Below are positions 47,777-60,391 of a DNA stretch of 64,000 nucleotides, in pieces. Origin of the DNA: Macrostomum lignano (Eukaryota). Made by a program: the position numbers and the translations under genes. Location: NCBI GenBank assembly GCA_002269645.1, contig NIVC01000694.1, positions 124,001-188,000 on the forward strand, in the 5' to 3' direction. Each line of letters begins with the position of its first letter. The stretch's first letter is position 1. The notes below the pieces were generated by a model. It was not told the origin of the DNA. It did no database searches and saw only the letters and a program-made list of their open reading frames with translations.

Positions 47777-48070
47777 CTTTCCTGCACACGAAGTCGCCAG
47801 GTGAGAACAGCACGGGCCGCAGGCGCAGCACCAGGTCGGACAGGAAGCCCTCCTCGGTGTTCTGGAACATCTCCACCTGCTTCAGCGTGTCCAGGTGCAC
47901 ATGGATGGCCATCTCCGCCTTGAGCTTGTCCGGCAGCAGGGACAGGATCTTCTCCTCGTCCACCGTCTTGTGGGAGCTCCACAGGTAGTCGAACCAGCGG
48001 ATCACCTTGGACTGCAGACTCTGCGGCACCCTGCGTAGGTTCATGTAGATCTTCACCGCGTCCAGGTGGG
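47777..48070 (-). CDS. CNGA: CNG channel exon: C-linker and start of CNBD
   Basis: AHLDAVKIYM..RRVP..LQSKVIRWFDYLW...LPDKLKAEMAIHVHLDTLKQV..F...LVLRLRPVLFSPGDFVCRKG; 294 nt, phase 1-1. Confidence 0.94.
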
Positions 48071-48187
48071 CTGCGGGGGTGGAGGGTCAAAGCGCCCGCC
48101 TGGTAAATCTTGGCGGCTGCTAGAGAGGGAGAGGGAGAGGGAGAGAGAACCGGGGGACAGAGGGGAGAGAGAGTCACGGGACAGGGA

Positions 48188-48866
48188 GAGAAAGCAGGAC
48201 AGAGTGAGAGTCAGAAGGATAGAGTGAGAGTCAGAATGACAGAGTGAGAGTCAGAAGGACAGAGTGAGAGTCAGAAGGACAGTGAGAGTCAGAAGGACAG
48301 AGTGAGAGTCAGAAGGACAGAGTGAGAGTCAGAATGACAGAGTGAGAGTCAGAAGGACAGAGTGAGAGTCAGAATGACAGAGTGAGAGTCAGAAGGACAG
48401 AGTGAGAGCCAGAAGGACAGAGTGAGAGTCAGAAGGACAGAGTGAGAGTCAGAAGGACAGAGTGAGAGTCAGAATGACAGAGTGAGAGTCAGAAGGACAG
48501 AGTGAGAGTCAGAAGGACAGAGTGAGAGTCAGAATGACAGAGTGAGAGTCAGAAGGACAGAGTGAGAGTCAGAATGACAGAGTGAGAGTCAGAAGGACAG
48601 AGTGAGAGTCAGAAGGACAGAGTGAGAGTCAGAAGGACAGAGTGAGAGTCAGAAGGACAGAGTGAGAGTCAGAAGGACAGTGAGAGTCAGAAGGACAGAG
48701 TGAGAGTCAGAAGGACAGAGTGAGAGTCAGAAGGACAGAGTGAGAGTCAGAAGGACAGAGTGAGAGTCAGAAGGACAGAGTGAGAGTCAGAAGGACAGAG
48801 TGAGAGCCAGAAGGACAGAGTGAGAGTCAGAAGGACAGAGTGAGAGTCAGAAGGACAGAGTGAGAG
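48188..48866. repeat. 20-bp intronic minisatellite (GACAGAGTGAGAGTCAGAAG)n
   Basis: About 34 units. Confidence 0.97.
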
Positions 48867-50024
48867 TCGGCAGGTCAGAGACGGGGCGCCGCAGCGGACA
48901 AAATGCAGGATGAAGAAGCTGCTGCAAAGCCCCAACAATAACAAGAGAGGCTTTGCAGCCAGACCGGGCAGAGATGAGGCGGGCACCAGCGGCCTGGGAT
49001 CACATGAGGCTGCCCCAGCCTCCCACTAACCGAGTTCTGTTTACAGACGCAGCGACACCCCTGGAGAAGAAAGTGCTGGAGCAGCAAGAAGCCCCCCCCA
49101 CAGCTCAATCAGCTCGGCCCAGTCCGCCTGTCAGTCACTGCGAGGATTCGGAGTGGAGCTGAAAAAATCGATCAATTATTGGAAGAGGCGCTCGAGTCCC
49201 CCCCTCCCCCCGGCTGGGCCGTTTATCTCCAGCCGGGAGTCGCAAGCCGCCGACAAGTTTAATTTGATTTCTGCGGCTGCAGCAGCCCTCCGGCCACCGC
49301 TGCCCAGCCTAATGAAATGAGCAGCTCCTGGCAGCCAGGTCCAAATGACAGGCAGCTCAGCGGTGAAATCAGAGGATTGTTAAGCGGGTTATAAAAGCGG
49401 AATTTCTGTTTTGTTGGCTGCCGTCGCGAAGCGGCAGTGGGACCGGAACTGCTGCGCCCTGTCTGCTTGTGGCTGCCCTGCCCCCGCGCTCTCCCGACCC
49501 TCCCCGCAGCGCTTCAAGAGCCAGAGACCAGTGTAAGTAGCTTGTACGCTCCTAAGCGCCCCCGCCCTCCGGGTCCGGTTCGACCCCCCCCCCCGGCAAA
49601 ATCGATTCCGGACCAACTTTCGGTCGGCAAGGCGGGCAACTCTCAGCGCGTTTGCCAAAACTGCGGAGGCACCGAAATTTGGCCGTGTCTCCGCGCTGCC
49701 CCCCTCCCCCCCTCTCTCTCTCTCTCGACTCTTTCGCGGACATTGAATGCAATCGCGATGAGATCGGTTCTCGCAATTTTCTGTAATGCGTGCCGCGAAC
49801 TCGCGTCTTCTGCCGCCCCGGGGGCGCCTCTCTTCAGGGCGCTCATCCCGTTTCCGGGGCAGCGGAGTCAGTGAAGAGGCTCAGGACCGCCTGAAGATTA
49901 GACTGTTTATTGGCTTGCAACACTGCGGAGCTCTGATGGGGTGGGGCAAATGGGAAGTTTTGAATTCTGTTTTTTAGAGGCTGTGAGTAGCACTCGTGAT
50001 GTCTGGGAGGGCGAGCGTCTGCAG

Positions 50025-50410
50025 GGCAGGGATGCGACCTGTAACACAGGGATGCGACCGGTAACACAGGGATGCGACCGGTAACACAGGGATGCGACCG
50101 GTAACACAGGGATGCGACCGGTAACACAGGGATGCGACCGGTAGCACAGGGATGCGACCGGTAGCACAGGGGTCTGACCGATAGCACAGTAGTTTGACCG
50201 GTAGCACAGGGGTCTGATCGGTAGCACAGGGATCTGACCGGTAGCACAGGGGTCTGACCGGTAGCACAGGGGTCTGACCGGTAGCACAGGGGTCTGACCG
50301 GTAGCACAGGGGTCTGACCGGTAGCACAGGGGCCTGACCAGTAGCACAGGGGTCTGACCGGTAGCACAGGGGCCTGACCAGTAGCACTGGGGTCTGACCG
50401 ATAGCACAGG
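50025..50410. repeat. 20-bp minisatellite (GTA[A/G]CACAGGG...GACCG)n with a sequence gradient along the array
   Basis: About 19 units; the ATGC core changes to GTCT from left to right. Confidence 0.93.
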
Positions 50411-51004
50411 GGTCCGGTAGAGCGGCTTCACCCTGAACAAGTCAGTATCCATCAGCTGCAGCAGCAGTTGCCCCCCAGCTCCTGCAGTGTCCTGCTTGCT
50501 GGCAAATCCATCAGTGCTGGCAAAGCAGAGCAGCAGCTACAAGAGGAGGGCAACAGCGCAGCGAAAGCAGCAGACAATGCAGACTTCAGTGTTTCTGCAA
50601 AGTCGCCTCGGCGGCCGCGAATGATGACGAAGCGGTGCGCGCTCTGGCCGGCAAACCCCCGGGCGTGAAGCCGCATAAGCCGGGCGGGCCGCGCCTTGCA
50701 GACCAGCGCAGGCTGGGGGAGCCGCCGAATCCGCTTTGCGCGCTGCGCCTTACCCTCAGGCCTGCCTGTTTAGCAAGGGGATGCCGGGATGAAACACCCA
50801 GGCGGAGGCCAACAATGCCCGCCTCGGCTGTCAATCAGACAGCCCAGACCCAAGAAAGCAGTTCATTACAGCCTGTGCGTCACGGTTGGGAGACCTGACC
50901 CCACGGCTCCGGTCCTTGGGCTCCGCCAGTGCCAGCAAAGTACATCGGGAACCTGCAACCTGCGGCTGGTGTGCTTCTGGGCTCGGCATTCACCGCTTCG
51001 TCAG

Positions 51005-51260
51005 TGTCTTCTGCTTTTGTTACCTCTTTTTCTATCTTCTGCTTTTGTATCTTGCTTTTTTATATTCTGCTTTTGTGTCCTGCTAGCTTTTCTATCTTCT
51101 GCTTTTGTGTCTTCCTTGCGTTTCTATCTTCTGCTTTTGTGCTTCTCTATCTTCTGCTTTTGTGTCCTGCTTGCTTTTCTATCTTCTGCTTTTGTGTCTT
51201 CCTTGCTTTTCTATTTTCTGCTTTTGTTTCCTCTTTTTCTATCTTCTGCTTTTGTGTCTC
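51005..51260. repeat. Pyrimidine-rich repeat TTTCTATCTTCTGCTTTTGT with 2-12 nt variable linkers, about 9 copies
   Basis: Read directly. Confidence 0.85.
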
Positions 51261-52736
51261 GTCTGTTCTTCCCTTCTAGCTTCACCTGTGATCTGTTTTG
51301 TCTCCGTTTCGTTCTGCGTCCAGCTGTTTCTGTCTCGATTTTAGCAAGTAAGTTGGCTGTGACAGTCAGTCTATTTATTATAGCAATGCAACAGGCAACC
51401 TGCAGACAGTGAGGAGGTCCTGAGCACGGTGTACAGCCGGCCCTGACTTTCTCATCACCAGACGTGTGCACTCCCTGGGGGGTTGCCCAGATGCCGGGGC
51501 CCGAAATCAAGGTGGATCTGTGCCGTTTGCACCGCCCGTGCCACCTGCGTCTTGAAGCCGATGCAGCAACTTTTATTTTTATCGCTCCCGAGTGGGAAAA
51601 TCCGGCTGGGAGCCTCTGCCGACTCCCGGCAGCTGGCGGGCCCAGTTGCCGCGGCAGAGAGAGAGAGACAGAGAGAGAGTGCAGGCGCGGCTCCCCTCAT
51701 GCACCTTTAATTAGCGGCAATAAAGCCGGCCAGAAATGATGGCGGAGCCTGGCTGAGTTTCCGGATAGGCGGCGCGCGCAGCTCTGAGTGCTGGCGCCAC
51801 CCCCGACACGCGAGACCCCCCGCCCGCTCTGCGCTCCATGGAAAAGAGAAACAAAGAAGGGAGGAGGGGAACAGGGGGAGCGGCGGGGGGACTCAGGTGA
51901 GAAACTAATAGGGAGCAGTGCGGGAGGACGCTGGGGAATAAGAAAGGGGAGACGCGGAATGGGCGAGAATTTCTTTGAGGCTCAGAACTTGTCTGCAGCG
52001 GCCTCTCGAGCTGAAGATCTGAAATATGACGCCGGCCCCAGCCTCCTCCATCAGCTCTGAGCCGATAGGATGAGTCACTGTGGGAAGTCACGGGTGCTCA
52101 AGCGATCCGGGAGATTTCTGTGCAAGCCGCCGCCGCCTTCCCATCTCGCTGATCCCCCTCGGGCGCAGCAATCCGGGCAGCCGGCTCGAGTTTATGCCCA
52201 GCTTCCGCGAGAGCGTCATCATGCGAAAGGGATTTGCCGCTGATGTGCCGCGATGACGGGAGCGGGGATTTGGGGACTCGAGACCGCAGCAACCCCCGCC
52301 CCAGAGTGGGCCTGTAGGAAAGTGCTCCGATGAGAGAAGCGGAACTGGGACGGGAGGGGCCGCGGTGATCTACGGCTGCAGCTGGCCGGCAACGCCGGCT
52401 TGCAGGGCTGCAGCCGAGCGGCCTCGTAACTCATTGAGACTTCGCGAACCCGACTGGCTGAGGGCTCACAGCGGGTCTGCGGCAGTTCCGGCCGCCGGAG
52501 CGCCGAGTCACGCGCTGGGATGAGGCGGTGGGTGCGAGGTCCCACCTGTGCCCGCTGCCAGCAGGGCACACGGCCAGGTCTTAAAGTGCCCAGCCAGTTC
52601 ACAACTGTGCGCTGCTAAAGAGACTCCCGGCTCTCAGCCCCTTTTGGGAAGAAAGAGCAGTTCCCCTTTATACTGGAGTGGCTCTGCAATCATTTCTTTG
52701 AAAGACGAAGTGTCTCATTGACCACATTCGAACAGC

Positions 52737-53455
52737 GGCATCTCAGCAATTCCCCTTTGAGCTGTGGCATCTCAGCGATTCCCCTTTGAGCTGTGGCATC
52801 TCAGCAATTCCCCTTTGAGCTCTGGCATCTCAGCGATTCCCCTTTGAGCTGTGGCATCTCAGCAATTCCCCTTTGAGCTCTGGCATCTCAGCGATTCCCC
52901 TTTGAGCTGTGGCATCTCAGCAATTCCCCTTTGAGCTGTGGCATCTCAGCGATTCCCCTTTGAGCTGTGGCATCTCAGCAATTCCCCTTTGAGCTGTGGC
53001 ATCTCAGCAATTCCCCTTTGAGCTGTGGCATCTCAGCGATTCCCCTTTGAGCTGTGGCATCTCAGCGATTCCCCTTTGACTGTGGCATCTCAGCAATTCC
53101 CCTTTGAGCTGTGGCATCTCAGCGATTCCCCTTTGAGCTGTGGCATCTCAGCGATTCCCCTTTGACTGTGGCATCTCAGCAATTCCCCTTTGAGCTGTGG
53201 CATCTCAGCAACTACATTTGAGTTGTGGCATCTCAGCAACTACATTTGAGCTGTGGCATCTCAGCAACTACATTTGAGCTGTGGCATCTCAGCAACTACA
53301 TTTGAGCTGTGGCATCTCAGCAACTACATTTGAGCTGTGGCATCTCAACAACTACATTTGAGCTGTGGCATCTCAGCAACTACATTTGAGCTGTGGCATC
53401 TCAGCAACTACATTTGAGCTGTGGCATCTCAGCAACTACATTTGAGCTGTGGCAT
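52737..53455. repeat. 29-bp minisatellite grading into a 28-bp variant
   Basis: GGCATCTCAGCAATTCCCCTTTGAGCTGT, then GGCATCTCAGCAACTACATTTGAGCTGT. Confidence 0.96.
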
Positions 53456-54097
53456 GTTCGCTCAAGTTTATGAGCATTTCGAGGACTCAATTTCATCATA
53501 GAGCGCATAGGAAATTATAAGAATTTCCAGATTTCAGCACTAATTTGGCAATTTACCACCTTGAGTTTCTCCCTAACCCCGATGCCAGTTGTCTATGGCC
53601 ATGGACCGCAGGCCATGGACACCGCATCCCCAAGTCTGCTCTCCATACTCTGCCCAGCATTTACCGCAATGAGGTCATTTCGATCTCTCAAGATAAGCGC
53701 CTTCCCAGCTGAGGATAAATTTCGACACCCGGAATATTTCCCTTAGGGTCCCGATGCACTGCCAGCCGCTACAGCTAATCCTTGGGATTTCTGAGCAGTG
53801 CGGACTGGAGCCCAGCTGTCACAGGACAAGACGGCCAATCTAATTTGCTGTCTCTGGCCTCCGCATGTGTGAGAAAAATTTGTTTTCTTTCCTTTAAATT
53901 TGCTGCGCCTGCAGGCGGGTTGGCGGCTGCGCAGCCGGTCACCGTGTACTTTTGCACTGCGCTGCTCTCATCTAGGCTGCTCTCATCCAGCCAAGATCTG
54001 GACTCACTTTTTGGCTGAGAGCCTTCGCTGAGCCGCTTAAGATTATTGTCTCAGAAGTGACGAGATTTCTTCGAAATAACTGACTGGACACCCCGTT

Positions 54098-55215
54098 ACT
54101 GCAGCAGACACCCAGGACTGCAGCAGACACCCAGGACTGCAGCAGACACCCCTGACTGCAGCAGACACCCAGGACTGCAGCAGACACCCAGGACTGCAGC
54201 AGACACCCAGGACTGCAGCAGACACCCAGGACTGCAGCAGACACCCAGGACTGCAGCAGACAGCCCTGAATGCAGAAGACACCCAGAACTGCAGCAGACA
54301 TCCAGGACTGCAGCAGACATCCAGGACTGCAGCAGACATCCAGGACTGCAGCAGACATCCAGGACTGCAGCAGACACCCAGGACTGCAGCAGACACCCCT
54401 GACTGCAGCAGACACGCAGGACTGCAGCAGACATCCAGGACTGCAGCAGACATCCAGGACTGCAGCAGACATCCAGGACTGCAGCAGACATCCAGGACTG
54501 CAGCAGACACGCAGGACTGCAGCAGACACCCAGAACTGCAGCAGACACCCAAGACTGCAGCAGACACGCAGGACTGCAGCAGACACGCAGGACTGCAGCA
54601 GACACCCAGGACTGCAGCAGACACCCAAGACTGCAGCAGACATCCAGGACTGCAGCAGACACGCAGGACTGCAGCAGACACGCAGGACTGCAGCAGACAT
54701 CCAGGACTGCAGCAGACACCCAGGACTGCAGCAGACACCCAGGACTGCAGCAGACACCAGGACTGCAGCAGACATCCAGGACTGCAGCAGACACGCAGGA
54801 CTGCAGCAGACACGCAGGACTGCAGCAGACACGCAGGACTGCAGCAGACACGCAGGACTGCAGCAGACACCCAGGACTGCAGCAGACACGCAGGACTACA
54901 GCAGACACCCCTGACTGCAGCAGACACCCAGAACTGCAGCAGACACCCAAGACTGCAGCAGACACCCAGGACTGCAGCAGACACGCAGGACTGCAGCAGA
55001 CACCCAGGACTGCAGCAGACACGCAGGACTGCAGCAGACACCCCTGACTGCAGCAGACACCCAGAACTGCAGCAGACACCCAGGACTGCAGCAGACACCC
55101 AAGACTGCAGCAGACATCCAGGACTGCAGCAGACACGCAGGACTGCAGCAGACATCCAGGACTGCAGCAGACACGCAGGACTGCAGCAGACACGCAGGAC
55201 TGCAGCAGACACCCG
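54098..55215. repeat. 19-bp intronic minisatellite (GCAGCAGACACCCAGGACT)n, about 58 copies
   Basis: Starts about 18 nt inside the CNG donor at 55232. Confidence 0.97.
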
Positions 55216-55232
55216 CAGGCTCACTGACTCAC

Positions 55233-56385
55233 CCTGGAAGTCGCGGCGGGCCATGCTGGTGTTGGCCACAATGTTGGAGACGTGGCCCAGCACGGTGGCG
55301 AACAGCAGCAGGCAGAAGACGATCTCGCAGATGACGAACACGTAGTGCCAGAGCGCGTTGGGCTTGGGCATCTCGGCCATGAGCGACACGGCCATGCTGC
55401 TCCAGTACAGAGAGAACAGGTACTGCTCATCCACCCTGCTGGTGTTGGGGTTGGGGAAGTACCACAGCTCCGCCCGCCAGCTGTCGTTGTGCAGGTGGGC
55501 GTGCGACAGAAAGTCCGGGTTGTTCTGGATGACCAGCTTCAGCACGCAGGCGTTGGTGTGGATGATGAGCATGAGGTAGTGGCCCAGCTTCAGCGAGCGG
55601 ATGAGGTTCGGGTAGTTGGCGTGGCGCTCCGTGCGGTCCAGAAACTGGAAGAATTTGTACACCTTGCAGAGGCGGAAGGCGCGCACGATGGATTGGAAGT
55701 CGAAGGACAGGTACAGCAGGTCCAGAGGCAGCATGCACAGGCAGTCGATGTAGAAGCGGGTGCTGTCCATGTAGTGCAGGCGCATCTTCACCTGGTCCGT
55801 CTGCAGCACGCCGTCCTCCAGGTAGCCGGTGCGAAAGGACACGGCGATGTCCAGCAGGTAGATGAGGTCCATGGTGTAGTCCAGGGGGAACCAGACCTTC
55901 ATGGTGGAGGCCTCGATCTCCATGAAGGCCACGCGGAACAGGATCACCCACAGGTTGTACAGGAAGGCCAGGGACACCACGGTGCACCACCAGTGGATGA
56001 ACTGCCCGGCGGGGTCGAACACAATGCGGCTGCCGAGGTAGCGCCGCGAATACCTGGCGCCCGATGAAGCGCAGGCGCCGCCGCCCGCACAACCGGCGCC
56101 ACCGACCGCGCCTCCGCCAGGGGCGCCGGCGCCAAATCGCTCCTTCATGTCGCGCCGGCGCTGCTTGCGCATCTCGCGCAGCGTCAGGTTGCACCGGTTG
56201 GCGTTGGCGCTGGAGCCCACGGAGAAATTGTCGGAGGGCGCGCGCCGTACCGCGCCCATGCCGCGCACGTTGCTGAGGAGGCTTTGCCGTGAGACGGCCG
56301 TCAGCGCCGCGTACTCGGCTCCGGTCGAGCGGCCGTGGCCGCCGCTGCGATGGGTCTGCAGTGGGCCGTTGGGCTTGGACTGCAT
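55233..56385 (-). CDS. CNGA: CNG channel first coding exon: N-terminus, S1-S6 and pore
   Basis: IVFDPAG..IHWWCTVVSLAFLYN..., GYLEDG.LQTD..KMRLHY..., F.DRTERHANYPN..R, YWS...E.PKP...YVF...LLLFATVLGHVSNIV. Ends CAG G/GTGAGT. The ATG at 56385 is the first in-frame ATG and is inferred. Confidence 0.92.
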
Positions 56386-57232
56386 TGGCCGCGCCCGGGT
56401 GCCGCGAGCTGCTCGCCGAGGGGCGGCTTGGAGCGCAGCGCCCAGCGTTTTCAAGCCGGGCCACCGCCTCCGCCATTGGCCGTCCCGGCCCGGCCAATGC
56501 CGCAGCCGCTGCCTCTCCAGTTTATTCAGTGCGAGGTGCGCGCGGCTGCCCTGCCCCGGTCGTGCCAATCCCGATTGATTTTTCCCCGGCACGCGCGCTA
56601 GATTATCACGCGCTGAGGGGTGGGGAGGGCATGGCGGAGATCGCTGCACAGCTCTTGAAACTTGTCCCCCTCCCTACATGTACCCCGGCCCCGGCCGCGG
56701 CCAGCGCGCGCTCCGGTCTTCCGAGAAGTGGACGGGCGAAATCGAGAGCGTGGGAGGACAGCGAGGCAGCCACTTTGTTGGTGCTTGAAGCCAGATTTGA
56801 GCACTGAGACACAATGGCTGGCTGGCTGGAGCAGCCCTGGCAATCCGGCCGCTCCAGCTCTCAGCCGAAGAGCTTAAAAACAGCATTTCTCAGTATAATC
56901 CCACTTGAACGTGGCATTGCTGTGCCAAACGGGTGATCAATGCGCAATATTTGCTAATCAACTTGGGCAAAAATATCTTGCCAAGAGAGCTGCTGTCTTC
57001 AAATGTCTTTTTCCCGCATATGAAAATTGCTTAATTTGAATTTGACCGAACAGATACTAAAATACTCCTGCGCACTACTCTTACAAGTAGCATACAGCTT
57101 TAACATTTAAAGTCTGAATATTTGAAGTCTGCCCCAAATGACCAACTGAATCTGCGCAGGTGTCTGCAAGTCCAGTGTCCTTGAAAAATAATGTACATGT
57201 ACCATTTTGAAACGAAACCGGGTGCACTTAAA

Positions 57233-58843
57233 CTGAGCAGCCAGCTTCCCAGATTCTCAGGCTGAGCAGCCAGCCTCCCAGATTCTCAGGCTGAGCAGCC
57301 AGCCTCCCAGATCCTCAGGCTGAGCAGCCAGCCTCCCAGATCCTCAGGCTGAGCAGCCAGCTTCCCAGATTCTCAGGCTGAGCAGCCAGCCTCCCAGATC
57401 CTCAGGCTGAGCAGCCAGCCTCCCAGATCCTCAGGCTGAGCAGCCAGCCTCCCAGATCCTCAGGCTGAGCAGCCAGCTTCCCAGATTCTCAGGCTGAGCA
57501 GCCAGCCTCCCAGATCCTCAGGCTGAGCAGCCAGCCTCCCAGATCCTCAGGCTGAGCAGCCAGCCTCCCAGATCCTCAGGCTGAGCAGCCAGCTTCCCAG
57601 ATCCTCAGGCTGAGCAGCCAGCTTCCCAGATCCTCAGGCTGAGCAGCCAGCCTCCCAGATCCTCAGGCTGAGCAGCCAGCTTCCCAGATTCTCAGGCTGA
57701 GCAGCCAGCCTCCCAGATCCTCAGGCTGAGCAGCCAGCCTCCCAGATCCTCAGGCTGAGCAGCCAGCCTCCCAGGTCCTCAGGCTGAGCAGCCAGCTTCC
57801 CAGATTCTCAGGCTGAGCAGCCAGCCTCCCAGATCCTCAGGCTGAGCAGCCAGCCTCCCAGATCCTCAGGCTGAGCAGCCAGCCTCCCAGATCCTCAGGC
57901 TGAGCAGCCAGCTTCCCAGATTCTCAGGCTGAGCAGCCAGCCTCCCAGATCCTCAGGCTGAGCAGCCAGCCTCCCAGATCCTCAGGCTGAGCAGCCAGCC
58001 TCCCAGATCCTCAGGCTGAGCAGCCAGCTTCCCAGATTCTCAGGCTGAGCAGCCAGCCTCCCAGATCCTCAGGCTGAGCAGCCAGCTTCCCAGATTCTCA
58101 GGCTGAGCAGCCAGCCTCCCAGATCCTCAGGCTGAGCAGCCAGCCTCCCAGATCCTCAGGCTGAGCAGCCAGCCTCCCAGATCCTCAGGCTGAGCAGCCA
58201 GCTTCCCAGATCCTCAGGCTGAGCAGCCAGCTTCCCAGATCCTCAGGCTGAGCAGCCAGCCTCCCAGATCCTCAGGCTGAGCAGCCAGCTTCCCAGATCC
58301 TCAGGCTGAGCAGCCAGCCTCCCAGATCCTCAGGCTGAGCAGCCAGCTTCCCAGATCCTCAGGCTGAGCAGCCAGCCTCCCAGATCCTCAGGCTGAGCAG
58401 CCAGCTTCCCAGATTCTCAGGCTGAGCAGCCAGCTTCCCAGATCCTCAGGCTGAGCAGCCAGCCTCCCAGATCCTCAGGCTGAGCAGCCAGCCTCCCAGA
58501 TCCTCAGGCTGAGCAGCCAGCTTCCCAGATCCTCAGGCTGAGCAGCCAGCTTCCCAGATCCTCAGGCTGAGCAGCCAGCCTCCCAGATCCTCAGGCTGAG
58601 CAGCCAGCTTCCCAGATCCTCAGGCTGAGCAGCCAGCCTCCCAGATCCTCAGGCTGAGCAGCCAGCTTCCCAGATCCTCAGGCTGAGCAGCCAGCCTCCC
58701 AGATCCTCAGGCTGAGCAGCCAGCTTCCCAGATTCTCAGGCTGAGCAGCCAGCTTCCCAGATCCTCAGGCTGAGCAGCCAGCCTCCCAGATCCTCAGGCT
58801 GAGCAGCCAGCCTCCCAGGTCCTCAGGCTGAGCAGCCAGCCTC
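57233..58843. repeat. 29-bp satellite (CTGAGCAGCCAGC[C/T]TCCCAGAT[C/T]CTCAGG)n, about 55 copies
   Basis: Very homogeneous array between the CNG 5' end and the FIGNL1 3' end. Confidence 0.98.
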
Positions 58844-59267
58844 TCGGAACGTTTATCCCATGACTCCGAGACCGCCGCCAAGAAAAGCAAATAAAGTTTC
58901 AATTCAAACGCAAGCCACCCAGCAAACTCAATTCACACGAAGTTGCCAGCACAATTTCCGTTACTTGGCACAGAATGGGGACTCTTTATTTCTTCTTTAT
59001 TGGAAACCTGGGTGATCTCTCTGTCCAGGGATTTGCATAAGGCAAAAAAATATTTGCATCGGAATGCGGGAATAAAAGCTGAAATAAAAAAACAGCAAAA
59101 TGCGGGCGTGAGCGAACGCGGAACAGCTTGGGAAATGCATGCCAGGAAGGGACTCTGAACTTTGCTTTGGATTTCTAATTTTTAACTTTTTTAGTCACCA
59201 AGCCGAATGCAGAATATTAAGAACAACTGACAGTTGGTCGAGCTTAGGGACACCTTTTTGTTGGCGA

Positions 59268-59268
<1 letters not shown>

Positions 59269-59362
<94 letters not shown>

Positions 59363-59391
59363 GACACAGGCAGACAGACAGAGACAGACAC

Positions 59392-59438
<47 letters not shown>

Positions 59439-59439
59439 C

Positions 59440-59516
<77 letters not shown>

Positions 59517-59545
59517 GACACAGGCAGACAGACAGAGACAGACAC

Positions 59546-59616
<71 letters not shown>
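59269..59616. repeat. (GACA)n compound microsatellite just 3' of the FIGNL1 stop codon
   Basis: Read directly. Confidence 0.97.
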
Positions 59617-59622
59617 GTGCAC

Positions 59623-59822
59623 TCAGACCATCCGCCGGTAGCTGCCGTAGCTCTGGTTCCAGTTGGCGTAGTGCACCAGGTCGCTCGCAGCACGGAGGCC
59701 CGTGCCTGCGTGAGCGCCTCCTCGAAGTCCTGCGGGCCGATGGGCCTGACGGCGCTGACGGAGATGCTGCGGATGCGGTCCAGCGGGATGCTGCGCACCG
59801 GGCCCAGCGCCGCCTCGCGCAC
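59623..59822 (-). CDS. FIGNL1: FIGNL1 last coding exon (Vps4_C-type tail)
   Basis: [14 protein letters not shown]...[17 protein letters not shown]; after restoring one G it reads [21 protein letters not shown]. Confidence 0.88.
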
Positions 59823-59961
59823 CTGCCGGATGTGGAAATCATGAGCATTCATTAGACCCAGAGTAGTTGCAGATAACACAGGTACAATAGGAAAGAACTG
59901 ACTCTAAAACGCCGTCACGGTAAAAGTTGCCAAAAATTTGTCAGAGTGGCCTGCGACTTTG

Positions 59962-60155
59962 AAGTGGCTCTGGGGCGATGCAGGTGGCTCTGGGGCGATG
60001 CAAGTGGCTCTGGGGCGATGCAAGTGGCTCTGGGGCGATGCAGGTGGCTCTGGGGCGATGCAAGTGACTCTGGGGCGATGCAAGTGGCTCTGGAGCGATA
60101 CAAGTGGCTCTGGGGCGATGCAAGTGGCTCTGGGGCGATGCAGGTGGCTCTGGGG
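59962..60155. repeat. 20-bp intronic minisatellite (GTGGCTCTGGGGCGATGCAA)n
   Basis: About 10 units. Confidence 0.95.
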
Positions 60156-60391
60156 TCCTTGAGGTCACTGTAGAGTCCCTGAGTTGCAGCTGAAGCGCAT
60201 CTTCACTATATGAATTTGAATCGCATTCAAAATGTAAAGCAACTCTACTTATTCTACTTGAGTGAGTAGTAAGTTAAGCGCCAACACGGCGACTCTTGGA
60301 CGACGTTTTCCGACTCTTACGATTCTACAACTCATGTGATGCGCTCGTGACTCAGCTGTCGCCTCTTCATCACATTGCAGTCGTTTGAGTC

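Noticed and set aside
51005-51260. Repeat-with-variable-linker array resembling CRISPR
   Set aside because: Linkers are only 2-12 nt and related to each other, the repeat is non-palindromic and low-complexity, there are no cas genes, and it lies in an animal intron.
56595-57045. TAATCC/TAATCA/GATTA (K50 homeodomain) sites upstream of the CNG gene
   Set aside because: Three short cores in 450 bp is close to chance expectation, and the RCSI/P3-like candidate at 57032 does not fit the consensus.
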